Assembly: GCA_951406725.2 (NCBI GenBank)
Contig: OX597818.1
Span: 53,320,001 to 53,384,000 of the forward strand
Origin: Octopus vulgaris
Taxonomy: Eukaryota
DNA: 64,000 nt
Reading direction: 5' to 3'
The notes under the pieces were generated by a model. That model worked only from the letters and a program-made list of their open reading frames with translations. It was not told where the DNA came from and searched no databases. Made by a program: the position numbers and the translations under genes. Below, in pieces: positions 1 through 12,883 of this stretch. Numbering within the stretch: position 1 is the first letter of the stretch; each line of letters opens with the position of its first letter.

Positions 1-1149
1 AGTGTTTAGCTAAGAATATAGTTTATGGGATGATGCACTTACAAAGGAAAAAAATGAAGAATGAAAACAATATTTCGTTTAGAGCCTTCGATGTCCTTAT
101 ATTGAGAACTTGCACGTCATCACCGTACAAGGTTGGTACAGGTATCGTAATTCCAACAGTAAAGGCGGCGAGCTGGCAGAAACGTTAGCACGCCGGGCAC
201 GAAATGCGTAGTCGTATTTCGTCTACCGCTACGTTCTGAGTTCAAATTCCGCCGAGGTCGACTTTGCCTTTCATCCTTCTTTGATCAAGGCTAATCGACC
301 AACATAATTGTTAAAGACAGGGAAAAAAATACCTGCAGACTAATTGATATGGATTAATAAAATAAAATGTAAAATAGGTAAATGTATCTGTAGCAAGAAT
401 ATGTGATTAAAGACAGGTGTGTATGTACTATGGTTCTTATTTGTTGTTTGTGCACTTGTTCGCCCTATTTAGAAGATGTAAAGATATTATATGCACATCT
501 TAATGTATGTATGTATGTATGTGATATTTATGTATGTATTTTCTCTTTATGTTCTCTTTATTCCTTTTCTCATCCTGAATGTATGTAGTAAGTATGTTTA
601 TATGACATAATATGTATGTGATATTTCTTTATGTATGTTATGTCCATATTAGAACTGTACGATGTAAAAGTATGTATGTATGTATGTATGCGTGTATGTA
701 TGTATGTATGTATGTATGTATGTATGTTGTATGTATGTGATGTGTGTATTTGTTTATGTTCTTTGTGTATAATAATAATAATAATAATAAAAGAATGCCA
801 TTCCTAAAACAGTAGATTATCTAAATATGTGTACCACGACATATGGACGAGGTCCTTAAAGATGGTTTTATTACTTTTCTACTATTATGGCACAAGGCCT
901 GACATTTGGTGGGAGGGGGCAGTCGATTGGAAATCGACCCAGTACGCATGCTACTATTTATGATTTCTTAGATTATCGAAAGGCTGAAAAGCAAATGGCC
1001 GACCACGGCGGAATTTGAACTCAGAACGTAAAGACAGGCTGCAAAGGGGCGGTTCTGAACGTGACAACTCACCGCCTTCTAAAGATGGTTTCTCCAAGTA
1101 AATGAAGTGAGGACATTGAAACATCAAAAAAACAGAAAAAAAGACTTAC

Positions 1150-1365
1150 CCAACAATGGAGATTTCTCATAGTATCCATCACGGACTTCCAAGTAATCGT
1201 AAGTACACCCAAGGGTCTCCGGAATGTCAAGAGAAGTGATATTTAGAACGATTTTCTCTCCGTGTGTTGCAGATATTCGCCATTCACATTTTTCTTCAGT
1301 TGAGGACTGACGGTTGGGCTTATGTGAGAATTCACCCGAAGCAGTTTGAAGAGTTCGACCACATG
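1150..1365 (-). CDS. BMP1: BMP1/Tolloid-like CUB1 domain exon; gene continues beyond the window start
   Basis: ttgcag|CA TGT GGT...TTG G|gtaagt gives CGRTLQTASGEFS...CEWRISATHGEKIVLNITSLDIPETLGCTYDYLEVRDGYYEKSPLLG, with CUB motifs CxWxI and CxYDYLEVRDG. 216 bp, phase 1 to 1. Confidence 0.95.
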
Positions 1366-1450
1366 CTGCAAGGAAAGACAATCAATATTTCAGTTACGTA
1401 TTGGTTTAATCTTATATTGATTCCAATAATTAGATTAACTGTGACTCGCC

Positions 1451-2003
1451 TATGTATGTATGTATGTATGTATGTATGTATGTATGTATGTATGTATGTA
1501 TGTATGTATGTGTGTATGTGTGTATGTATGTATGTGTGTATGTGCGTATGTATGTATGTGTGTGTGTATGTGTGTATGCATGCATGCACGTATGTATGTG
1601 TGTATGTGTGTATGTATGTGTATGTATGTATGTATGTATGTATGTATGTATGTATGCATGCATGTATGTATGTATGTATGTATGTATGTGTGTATGTATG
1701 TATGTATGTATGTATGTGTATGTGTAAATGTATGTATGTATGTGTGTGCGTATGTATGCATGTATGAATGTATGTATGTATGAGTGCATGTATGTATGTA
1801 TGTGTGTGCGTATGTATGCATGTATGTATGTGTGCATGTATGTATGTATGTATGTATGTGTGTGTATGTGTATATGTATGTATGCATGTGTGTGTATATA
1901 TGTATGTATGTATGTATGAATGTATGTATGTATGTATGTATGCATGAATGTGTGTATGCATGCATGTATATACGTATGCATGCATGTATATATGTATGTA
2001 TGT
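1451..2003. repeat. (TATG)n compound microsatellite
   Basis: Directly visible; source of the MYVC/HTYI pseudo-ORFs. Confidence 0.95.
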
Positions 2004-2184
2004 AGGTGTGCTTATTTGTATCTGTGTTTGTTCCCCCCTATCGTTTTACAACTGGTTTTGGGTTTTTTTTACTTCCCCGTAATTTAGGGGTTCGGCAAAA
2101 AATAAACAAAAATACCCATAGAATAAGCACTGGGATCGATTTGCAGAAAACAAAATTGTGCCTCCCTTTAAGTCGATAGTATTA

Positions 2185-2378
2185 TATGTATCCCATTCCA
2201 AGACCCTTTACTCTCCTAAGCAGTAGTTTCGGTGTGGTCCCAAGTGCTGCAACAATTACCACAGGAATATTTGTCATCTTCCATAATCTCTTCATCCTGA
2301 TATTTTTCTATTTTCTCATTTTTTTTGGTATCGATTCTGTTAAACGATATTACGAAGTCAATGACCTTGTGCTGCTTT

Positions 2379-2450
<72 letters not shown>

Positions 2451-2590
2451 TATTTCTTTCATCTGTTATCCTTTATAATCATATCTGGTTTTCTTGCTTT
2501 AATAGCATAGTCAGTCTTTATGGAGGAAATCCCATAAAATCCAGTAGTTATTACTCACTATCACAGCCCCTCGCATACCACCTTTCCGTT
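2185..2590 (-). mobile_element. Degenerate R4/Dong RLE fragment interrupted by (TTTC)n
   Basis: Frameshifted minus-strand peptides WILWDF, TDYAIKARKPDMIIKD, VIDFVI, EKIEKYQD and RLWKMTNIPVVIVAALGT. Confidence 0.65.
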
Positions 2591-2597
2591 AGAATAG

Positions 2598-2980
2598 TGG
2601 AGGCGCAATGGCCCAGTGGTTAGGGCAGCGGACTCGCGGTCGGAGGATCACGGTTTCGATTCCCAGACCGGGCATTGTGAGTGTTTATTGAGCGAAAACA
2701 CCTAAAGCTCCACGAGGCTCCGGCAGGGGGTGGTGGCGAACCCTGCTGTACTCTTTCACCACAACTTTCTCTCGTCCTTTCTTCCTGTTTCTCTTGTATC
2801 TGTATTTCAAAGGGCCAGCCTTGTCACATTCTGTGTGTCACGCTGAATCTCCTCGAGAACTACGTTAAGGGTACACGTGTCTGTGGAGTGCTCAGCCACT
2901 TGCACGTTAATATCACGAGCAAGCTGTTCCGTTGATCGTATCAGCTGGGACCCTCATCGTCGCAACCGACGGAGTGCTCC
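2598..2980 (+). mobile_element. tRNA-derived SINE family B
   Basis: A box TGGCCCAGTGG and B box GGTTTCGATTCC; near-identical copies elsewhere in the window. Confidence 0.85.
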
Positions 2981-3559
2981 TACTCTGTTAGAATTCATTT
3001 TGTACTATCCAGAAATGGAATGTTTGACACGTTTCATAACCTGTCATGATGGCTTCCATTCAAAAACTCGTTTAATTCAATAGTTAATGTTTTAATTCCT
3101 TATCTACTAAGTTCACTTTTTCTCATATCGTTGTAATCACTCTGTATTGCGAAGTCCATTACTAAAAACACGTAATTAAGTCTTATGTAAAACTGTTTGT
3201 TTGGTTGGGTGTTAGCCGCTGTAAAGAAAAAATTCATACAGATTTGTGCATATAACTTTCTAATAAAGGAGATGGAGGTTTGTACGTGGAGAAAAGGCGC
3301 AAAATTTAACGCTTAAGCAACCGATATCATTAGTCTGGAAGCTGTACATTCAATATTTTACTCGTATTTATATTTCTTCAATTATATTTTGTTGCTGTGG
3401 TTCTAGAATTTCACATAGAATATGGTATGCTAGCTTCCGTAAAGAGGTTAATTATGTACTCATATTATTAACATTTGCTGGCGTCATTCATATTCCAGTT
3501 CGTATTCTCATACACATTTCCTCCTAAAAGAATTTCTCTTCCAGAACAGTTAACGCAGC

Positions 3560-4085
3560 GAAGTTCTTCCGCGTTTGAATGTACAAGAACGTGTATATAG
3601 AGTACAGGAGGCGGTCGAAAAAGTCAGCTTCTATGTATGGCTGAAGCGGGAAGACCGAAAATGGCTTGAAAGTCATAACACGCCGGCGGGAAATAACATC
3701 ACTAGGTGAGACAAGCTGACACTGAATCAGCTTCGCTGATTGACAGGTGACGGTCGTTTAGAGAATGCGCGGGCTAAAACTACGCGCCTTCACTAGTCAG
3801 TTAAGGTGAGACAGTGTCACGTGACAACTTGCTGGGGCTGCCTGCTGGAGCCTAACGGCAGGTATTTAAAGGGGAAATTTTGACAAGTCAGTCAGTCACC
3901 GGCTGACACTCGCTGACGCTACATCGAAGAGGCCATGGAACAGAAGAAAGAAGAAGAAAGAAGACATGCACCCAACACCAGAGCTGAAGACACCTCCGAA
4001 TGGGGGGGGGCACGTCAAAACGGATTGAGGAGTAGGGGCCGAAACCGGACGTGGTTCCTCCTGATGATGTCTTGAGCTAACTGGA
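3560..4085 (+). mobile_element. 3' end of a HERO-like (RLE-type) non-LTR retrotransposon
   Basis: GC-rich island. Frame 3560-3709 reads ...VQEAVEKVSFYVWLKREDRKW...stop, resembling the EAAEKASxWxWxKR..W C-terminus I recall for HERO-type elements; followed by a presumed 3' UTR. Confidence 0.5.
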
Positions 4086-4191
4086 TCCTATAAAGGAGCT
4101 GTTGTGGTAGCAGACCACGAAACACGGTTGTAATTCCTCCTAAATATGTAAACAGTTTTCAAATGATTATATTTGGAATCAAAATACTTAC

Positions 4192-4416
4192 TAGGACAAC
4201 GATATAGTCTATTGGCTTGTCTGATGTCTCCAGGACTCAGTTTTAGTCTTTGACCAATGTCCTGGTTTCCATAATTATGTTTTGGTAAAATAGTATCCAC
4301 AAAAGTCGCCCGCGCAAATGTGTTTCTTGCATAATGCATTATACTTCCGTAATCGTACTCTTCGCCCAAGGAGTTGACATCGGTGGAAGTAAGTTTGTTA
4401 AAATTATATTCTTGAC
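4192..4416 (-). CDS. BMP1: BMP1/Tolloid-like astacin exon with Met-turn
   Basis: acag|GT CAA GAA TAT AAT TTT...TGT CCT A|gtaagt gives [45 protein letters not shown]...[22 protein letters not shown], with the SIMHY Met-turn. 225 bp, phase 1 to 1. Confidence 0.96.
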
Positions 4417-4491
4417 CTGTAATACGAGAGAATCAGGAATAATTTGTTAACATCATTGATAACAATTGTATAACAGCAACAACAATAATAT

Positions 4492-4725
4492 CTATTTCTT
4501 TACTGCCCACAAGGGGCTAAACACAGAGAGGACAAACAAGGACAGACAAACGGATGAAGTCGATTATAGCGACCCCAGTGCGTAACTGGTACTTAATTTA
4601 TCGACCCCGAAAGGATGAAAGGCAAAGTCGACCTCGGCGGAATTTGAACTCAGAACGTGGCGGCAGACGAAATACTGCTAAGCATTTCGCCCGGCGTGCT
4701 AACGTTTCTGCTAGTTTGCCACCTT
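4492..4725 (-). mobile_element. SINE family A monomer
   Basis: Reverse complement of the 15261-15501 element, about 75 bp from an exon acceptor. Confidence 0.85.
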
Positions 4726-5888
4726 AACAACAACAACAATAGCGCTTACGTGGAAAACCTCACTGTGGTTACTTAATCAACTTAAAATAGAGGTCACATT
4801 CGATTATGTTTTTTCGAACTCTAAAATCCATAGGCACTGTTACCCGGTTTCTATAGCTTGTAAGTTTGGCTTTATGCATCCTTACCGCACCGATTATTAG
4901 CCTTTTGTGTCTGTTACAAGCCTACTGTGTACAGCTTTCCAGCATCGTTTCATAATTTTGACCCCTCCCCTTCTTTCTCTCTTTCATATTATATTTATAT
5001 AAGCATGCAACATTCAGGCACTACTCGGAGTTTTCCAGCATGCCAAGGATAGAAATCTATGTGGTTTCCAATCATTGATGAACGGTGGCACGTAAATTGA
5101 TCATCGATTAGAAATCGAATAACTTTATACCTGTTGCTTGCCGGGAAACTCTGAGCCCTGTATGCGAGTGTTCCATCTTTGTATTCTGTATTAAACATAT
5201 TTCTCTATTTCATTAAATATTGAAGCCTACATCTGTTGTTGTTACATGCATGGTTAATTGTATTATACATACATACATATATACATGTATATATATATTT
5301 TTTATTAATCCGAAGGGAGGCAATGTGAGCAGCAACTAAAGGAACATTACAAAATCCACAGAAAGATCAAACACATACATATATTCATATATTCATTTAT
5401 ATCTACAGAACAGATATAAAGTCCGACGTTTAAAAATATAATAATATATAAATATATAAACATCATATAAAAAATATATAGATATATAAGAGACTCAGAG
5501 TTGCATATATAACACATTGAATTTACGTTTAAAACCATAAAACATTTGGTAAAAATTTGGGGTAATGAAAAATTCAATGACATTAAAATGACGTATATAT
5601 ATATAATGGCTACAAGATATCTCGCAGTTTCCTTTTACGCCATTTTGAAAGACAGCTTTTTGTTTTTACACAACCAGTTCGAACTTGAAAACACACGTCG
5701 AAAACAAACTTCTTAAACAGACAATCTAAACGATATTTATACTTTATCTCCGTTTAAAGATAATTTATTCGTTTTCTTGTTCCTATGAAATAAAGTATGG
5801 ACGTCGGTTTTATCAAGAAAGATTGAAAGAATATAAAGCACAAATAAAAACACAAAATGTAAACATCAAATGTCTTTTAAGCACGTAC

Positions 5889-6067
5889 CTGGCATAATAT
5901 TACTATAAATAATTTCTACATGGTCTTCTCGATCAGGTCGCGTATGTTCATGCCAAAAGCCTACAACATGGCCCAATTCATGTACTACAATTCCAAATTT
6001 ATCGCAATTTTTTCCTATTGATATGGCCTGTGCTCCGTTCCCGCGTTTTCCAACATACGAACAGCAT
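5889..6067 (-). CDS. BMP1: BMP1/Tolloid-like astacin exon with zinc-binding motif
   Basis: ctgcag|A TGC TGT...ATG CCA G|gtacgt gives [46 protein letters not shown]. Contains HExxHxxGxxH and the vicinal CC diagnostic of BMP1/TLL. 179 bp, phase 2 to 1. Confidence 0.96.
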
Positions 6068-6529
6068 CTGCAGATATCCAAATGGTTATTGATAAAGAAT
6101 ATAAAAATCGGAAGGGAAAATTATATTGAGTATAAGAAGAAACACTCTGGGTGATTCAGGATAAAATATAGCCAACGTATCAATGAGTAAAATGCTAAAA
6201 TATCATTACTATTGTGTATAAATGCAAGTCAAATGTCGGTCATATACACAGTGCTTTGTGGTCAAAATATTTAAAAATATTTTATTGACATGCAGTTCAT
6301 TAACGCCGACATTTTGCTTTGGCTGGTCATTTATGTTACGTGTTTAGTGTATATTGTTTTAACCTTATCTTTGTTTCATTTGCTGGATTACGGCCAGTTT
6401 TGAAAAGCGTCTGGAAGGTTTTAAGCCATCATGACTGCAGTACTTATCTAAAGCCAGTGACTTATTCTGTTGCTCTCTTTTTGCCGAACTGCTGCTTCAC
6501 TAAGACGTAAACAAAATCAAACCCGTGTT

Positions 6530-6622
<93 letters not shown>

Positions 6623-6832
6623 CACACGACGCACGCTCGCACACACACATACACACTCACACTCACACAGAAGGCTCTTCTGCTCAAATTCTGACTACAT
6701 TATATTCCTGGCCCATGGCCCATGGGTAGAAGCCGTAAAATGAGACTTAATCCCGAACCTGAAACTACGTTTTTGTACAACGAACTTCATAACCACAGTT
6801 ATGTCATACATGTGTATGCATTTGTGCATATA

Positions 6833-7260
6833 TAGGCGTAGGAGTGGCTGTGTGGTGAGTAGCTTGTTTACCAACCACATGGTTCCGGGTTCAGTCCCAC
6901 TGCGTGGCACCTTGTGCAAGTGTCTTCTACTATAGCCTTTGGCCGACCAAAACCTTGTGAGTGGATTTGGTAGACGGAAACTGAAAGAAGCCCATCGTAT
7001 ATATATATATGTATATATATATATATGTATGTATGTGTGTGTGTGTGTGTGTGTTTGTGTGTCTGTATTTGTCCCCCCCAACATCGCTTGACAACCGATG
7101 CTGGTGTGTTTACGTCAACGTAACCTAGCGGTTCGGCAAAAGAGACCGATAGAATAAGTACTAGGCTTACAAAGAATAAGTCCTGGGAGTCGATTTGCTC
7201 GACTAAAAGACGGTGCTCCAGCATGGCCACAGTCAAATGACTGAAACAAGTAAAAAAATA
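6833..7260 (+). mobile_element. tRNA-derived SINE family C with internal TA/TG microsatellite
   Basis: A box TGGCTGTGTGG, B box GGTTCAGTCC, CORE-like GGCACCTTG(G/T)GCAAGT, tail GACTGAAACAAGTAAAA. Confidence 0.85.
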
Positions 7261-7537
7261 AGTATATATATATATATGTTTATATATGTACGTTAGTGTG
7301 TGTGCATGTGTGTGTGTGTGTGTATAATAGTGTGTGTGTGTGTGTATGTGTGCGTGCACTCGTTGTGTGTGTGTGTATGTGTGCGTGCACTCGTTGTGTG
7401 TGTGTGTATGTGTTTATAGTGAATAGAAATCATAATGATTTCGTATTTATTCGAAGCATAAGGAATAAAGACCCATATACTATCAACATTGTCTCGTGTT
7501 TTAACTTGTATATTTTGACAAACTGGCGTTCACTTAC

Positions 7538-7658
7538 CCGCATGGTCTTTCTGTAAAAACAATATAATCAGTGTGATGGGGTTCACGATCAACAAAAGTT
7601 ATACAAGTATGATTTTCCCAATGGCGCATCGCAAGTCGAAAAAGAGCCTTGTGTGTAC
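7538..7658 (-). CDS. BMP1: BMP1/Tolloid-like astacin domain exon (not in ORF track)
   Basis: aacaag|GT ACA CAC AAG...CCA TGC GG|gtaagt gives [41 protein letters not shown]. 121 bp, phase 1 to 2. Matches the conserved AMRHWE..TC..F..R and RPCG motifs. Confidence 0.94.
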
Positions 7659-8771
7659 CTTGTTTGAAAAAGAAACAAAGAAAATGAGAGGCAATTCCTT
7701 CAAGGGAAGAAGATAATATCTTGCAGAATATTTATATTTATATTAGTAGATTACTAATACAGAATGGGTGATGAATAAATATACGTAGTTACATCCATGT
7801 GTATTTAGTCTCATTCTCAAATTGGGCCCACGAGGGCATTTTAGTCGCAAGCTTTGTTTATATTGTAACAAATAGTTAATCCTATCACTGAAGGTTTAGG
7901 AGGGAGTGATGCACGGTTCCCTGAGCATTTGTTGTTTCGTTGGCTCGATTCTCTTTCCAAGCTGCTGAATATGCCCTCCTGGGCCAAATTTCGCCACCAG
8001 ACTGTGAAATATGAGTGTTAGTGTTTGTTTATTTATATTACTATATTGTTATACCCCCTAATAAAGATTTCTTACATGGGCTACAACAAGGAAATTTTGG
8101 GGAATATAAAATCGAATGTTATATTTAATAATGTTTTATGCCTTCAGTGGAGAAGCTAAAACCTGATATGTATAATGTACGAATTGTGGGATCAAGAAAA
8201 TTTGAGGCTGAATGGTACAATTATACTGTTGATGAATGGTGAAAATAAATACTTTGAGTTAAAAAAAAAACGACCTTAGGTCATTAAAAACATTAAATTA
8301 TTTTCTATTTCTTGTGCTTTTATGGTTAAGCCAGGCGTAAGGAGAGAAGTAACTGTTCTCCACATGCTCTCAATCATATTCTGATACGGTTTATATTCAC
8401 TGATGCTTGCAGATAGAAGATGGGTGAGAAGAAAACTTCAGAGATTTCAAGGGAACAGGAAAGGAGACTTGGGTCCTAGAGAGTGTAATGCTCTAAGATT
8501 AAAAAGAGGAGTAAAGATGTACATGTTGATATGGGTGATGGAAGTGGTATACAAATAAGCTTGACCAGAGAGGTACAGGTCACTAACGTACAATAAAATA
8601 GGGTGTATGAGGAAAACAATGTCTGAACGTTAAAGGGTGGATTGAATTGGTGATTTTACTGATCGGGCGAATAGCTTCCTTGTGAATGTGAACTGTTAAG
8701 AATCATGCATCAAAATATGGGAATCCAGAAGAAAATTTTCTTTAAGATCGACAGATAAAGAAGACACTTAC

Positions 8772-8947
8772 CACTGAAATTGGACTGTATTTGGTATGGA
8801 ATCACACCATGACTCCAAAGACGGTCTAATCTGGCAGTTGCAGCTCTACGAACTCGAGAACTTCGATGCTTCGTTTCACTCGAACTTCTACTTATATTTT
8901 TATTATTTAATGTGTGTGCGTTTAATCTTTCCCAACATTTTTTATCC
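8772..8947 (-). CDS. BMP1: BMP1/Tolloid-like exon: end of prodomain, furin site RVRR, start of astacin domain
   Basis: tattacag|G GAT AAA...RSSRVRR/AATARLDRLWSHGVIPYQIQSNFS G|gtaagt. 176 bp, phase 2 to 1. RR/AATAR is the typical Tolloid maturation site. Confidence 0.93.
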
Positions 8948-9373
8948 CTGTAATACAATAACATTTTATTAAGTTAAAGAAATAATATGTATAGTCACGT
9001 ATACATACATATGTGTGCGTGTGTATTTATTAAACATTATAATACGTTAATAACACTTCCATTACTGCACAGTTTCGCCGTTATGGATTGTTCATATGTT
9101 AGATGCTATCGTAAAACTCCAAAACGATGAGGACGTGCAGTGATGGGAACGTAACTAGCTTGTACTGTTTAATACACACGTAGCCATTTCTTCTCTTATC
9201 TCTCACTCTTAAACATCTTAACCCAGACAAACATTAAAAGTACGTTCAGAGGAACATCTGTTGTATCAAAAGCTTCGTTAACCCGAATCACTGTGCTGGG
9301 ATGGACGCCACTAATAAGTAGAGAGTGGACTTTGACGAATCTTTTTTTTTTTTTCTTTCTTGCCTGAATCTAT

Positions 9374-9784
9374 ATATTTCTTTACTGCCCACAAGGGGCT
9401 AAACATAGAGGGTACAAACAAGGTCAGACAAAGGGATGAAGTCGATTACATCGACCCCAGTGCAAAACTGGTACTTTATTTATCGTCCCCGAAAGGATGA
9501 AAGGCAAAGTCGACCTCGGCGGAATTTGAACTCAGAACGTAACGACAGACGAAATACCTATTTCTTTACTACTCACAAGGGGCTAAACACAGAGAGGACA
9601 AACAAGGACAGACAAACGGATTAAGTCATTTATATCGACCCCAGTACGAAACTGGTACTTTATTTATCGACCCCGAAAGGATGAAAGGCAAAGTCGATCT
9701 CGGCGGAATTTGAACTCAGAACGTGACGGCAGACGAAATACTGCTGAGCATTTCGCCCGGCGTGCTAACGTTTCTGCCAGCTCG
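9374..9784 (-). mobile_element. SINE family A dimer
   Basis: Two units joined at GAAATACCTATTTC (~9551). Confidence 0.85.
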
Positions 9785-9796
9785 ATAATAATAATG

Positions 9797-9840
<44 letters not shown>

Positions 9841-9846
<6 letters not shown>

Positions 9847-10330
9847 CCAGATATTGTTGTAAAAGACCAAAACAATAAAGTTTGCTTATTGATCGACATG
9901 AGCATCTCCTGTGATCAGAATATCTCAGCGAAAGAGTTTGACAAGCTCAGAAAATATAAAGACCTACTCATTGAAATTGAGAAAATGTGGCATCTCAAGG
10001 CGGTTACAATACCAGTGATCGTAGGAGCACTAGGAATGATCAAGAAGGGAACCGAAAATTATATGAGAATGATCCCTGGCTTACCATCCCTGCAAGAAGT
10101 GCAAAACATTGTCTTAACTGGTACATCACACGTATTGAGAAGAGCATTGTCGATGTGAGAACTGTTGCTGCTCATGTATTTTAATTTAACTTAAAAAAAA
10201 AAAAAATGAACGAACTAGTGAGTTTAGTTTAATGGCCTACCAATGTATACTATGAGTTTCTTTGCCCTAGGGGTCGGGAAGACACTCGGCAAGAAATGGA
10301 AGCAAATTTGAAAGAAGAAGAAAAAAAAAA
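9841..10330 (+). mobile_element. 5'-truncated R4/Dong non-LTR retrotransposon inserted in (TAA)n
   Basis: Frame reads NKPDIVVKDQNNKVCLLIDMSISCD...KLRKYKDL...MWHLKAVTIPVIVGALG...LRRAL, a PD-(D/E)xK restriction-like endonuclease. Followed by a 3' UTR and an A-rich tail; TAA repeats on both sides. Confidence 0.85.
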
Positions 10331-11496
10331 TAATAATAATAGTTTGAACAACAACAACAATATGGTGTGGGTGACTGATTGGAGATGAAATAATAAAAGG
10401 AACAGATTTCCGTTTTTCACTCGTACCATTTAGCTCTGTTACTCAAACGAGAAAAACACAATACAAACATATTAGCTACGTAAATAGAAACACGTGAATA
10501 AACACATGCCATGGCTGGTATAGAAATACGATACAGAGAAACACGAGGGCATGAGACATAACTACACGCACCGTCTGCTCCTCGGAGCTATCTGGTAGTA
10601 CACAACCTCCGCCCAAACACATCAGCCATACATTCGTATTTCATCTTCTCGTCACGTTTCTTTTACGTTCTCCTCCCTGCTTCAGATTCCCCCATCTTAT
10701 GTCTTTTTTCCAACCTTACACCCCAAAGAGTAGTTGTCCCTCCGGAATTCTCTCATCACCTATGTTTTTCGTACAGATGTCAACTTCGTTGTTCAAGATT
10801 ACTAGTAAACGGCATTGGTCTCTTACTGATCTTGAAGATACTAAAGCTAACCTAGATATCAATATTGGTTCCAAATTTTGGCACAAACCCAGCAAGTTCG
10901 AAGAGGAGTTAAGTCGATTATATCTGAAAGGAATGAAGGCAAATTGAACCTCGGCGGAATTTGAACTCAGAACGTAAAGACGGACGAAATGCCGCTAAGC
11001 CAGATACCAATATTGCGAAGGAGTAATTCTCATAGAGAACAATCTCTCTTTATAGACGTTTTAATCTCAATGGGATCCAAAAAGAATTTGGAATGGATTA
11101 TCCAAGGAGGAAACTTTTACAAGAAAGCGTGAAAACATCCAGATCTCCCTCAAATCATACCCCACCATCTTAAGCACACTCTTAGGTCTGTTGTTAACTC
11201 TAGGTTTAATAAGACCGCAATCAAATGAAACAACAATCAAATGACTCTAGGTTTAATAAGACCGGAGTTTAACCCGGTTGCTTTGACATGTAAGTGAGTG
11301 AAATTACAACACACACTCTTGAATGGGTGACCGGTCCGTCGCAAGTTTAATTTCCCAGCTATTACTGGAATTCAGTTACAACTGAAGGACTGAAGTGTTT
11401 TGCTGAAGAACACAACGCACCTTCTGGTCCGGGGATCGAAACCACGGTTGAGAGAGCAATACCCCAACCACTAGGTTATCCTTAAACAAAAAGTAC

Positions 11497-11548
<52 letters not shown>

Positions 11549-11644
11549 GGAGTAAACACATAAATGTGAAACAAGGTGGAAAAAAGAGTACTCAAATACC
11601 AGTGGTAGAGTAATATGCTTTATTTTAAGCAGCAGAAAATTCAA

Positions 11645-11694
11645 CAAAATCTGTTACTCTGAGTTTCTCGTTGCCGTTCATCAGACAGTTTTTG
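11645..11694 (-). ncRNA. Minimal type I hammerhead motif (left arm of inverted repeat), sense to the BMP1 pre-mRNA
   Basis: Exact reverse complement of 12680-12729. Confidence 0.65.
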
Positions 11695-11816
11695 CTAGAA
11701 TGGAACATATATATTAATTCAATCTATACTCTTACAAACGCTACACCTTTAAAAAGAAATGGACTTGTTTGATTGGCCCTTTAGAAAAAACGGTCAATCT
11801 TCGAGCGATAAACAAA

Positions 11817-11851
<35 letters not shown>

Positions 11852-12679
11852 CAATGTTGTCAAATTTAGAATGTTTATATAAATTTGTATATAGCAAAGC
11901 ATATATATTTGTAAGCATGCGTATCTGTGTATGTGTAAGTGAAAGTATGCTTGTGCTTAAGCACGCATACACACGACGGTATGTATATGTATCAATTCAA
12001 ACTTGTGTATGTATACTGGCCTCTATAGATGTCAATAATATCGCTACAAGTTTTCCCCACCCCTCCTTCGTTTCTTTTTTCTCTCTTTCCCTTTCTTTCG
12101 TTCCTCCTCCTTGCTCAGTATATGAGAATTGCTACATATATGAATTTTAGCTTGCGTGCGAGACGGTTTGCGTGAATATATGTACACATGCTTTTATGTG
12201 TATAATTTAGATTCATATTCATACGTCTGTATATGTATGTATGGCGTTTACGCGCATCCTTTTGTGTATGTTGATATATATATGTGGATTTTAATATAAA
12301 TATGTATTGCAGTATTTATAACAGGTTTAATTTCCATGCATTAATTTGTACTGTCTTCATTAACGGCAATAGGTTTTTTCCTCGGTTTTTTCCTCGGATT
12401 TTATAATTTTATAAGTTTTTTATATATATATACATATATTTTTGACCTTTTTGTTTATCGCTCGAAGATTGACCGTTTTTTCTAAAGGGCCAATCAAACA
12501 AGTCCATTTCTTTTTAAAGGTGTAGCGTTTGTAAGAGTATAGATTGAATTAATATATATGTTCCATTCTAGCAAGATTGACCGTTTTTTCTAAAGGGCCA
12601 ATCAAACAAGTCCATTTCTTTTTAAAGGTGTAGCGTTTGTAAGAGTATAGATTGAATTAATATATATGTTCCATTCTAG

Positions 12680-12729
12680 CAAAAACTGTCTGATGAACGG
12701 CAACGAGAAACTCAGAGTAACAGATTTTG
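12680..12729 (+). ncRNA. Minimal type I hammerhead motif (right arm of inverted repeat)
   Basis: CAAAAACTGT-CTGATGA-ACGGCAACGA-GAAA-CTCAGA-GTA-ACAGATTTTG. Stem I CTGT/ACAG plus CAAAA/TTTTG; near-palindromic stem III ACTCAGAGT; GUA site. Confidence 0.65.
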
Positions 12730-12825
12730 TTGAATTTTCTGCTGCTTAAAATAAAGCATATTACTCTACCACTGGTATTTGAGTACTCTTTTTTCCACCT
12801 TGTTTCACATTTATGTGTTTACTCC

Positions 12826-12883
<58 letters not shown>

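Noticed and set aside
1264-2005. Long ORFs of MYVC/HTYI repeats, and similar IYIY, LSIY, VCVC and SSSS ORFs throughout
   Set aside because: Translations of microsatellites with no domain or splice support.
2598-2675. tRNA-like sequences with A and B boxes
   Set aside because: They are heads of multi-copy SINEs followed by a SINE body, not clean cloverleaf tRNA genes.
11400-11455. CTGAAGA...GAAAC hammerhead-like words
   Set aside because: Falls in the reverse complement of a SINE head (B box) and has no convincing stem I.
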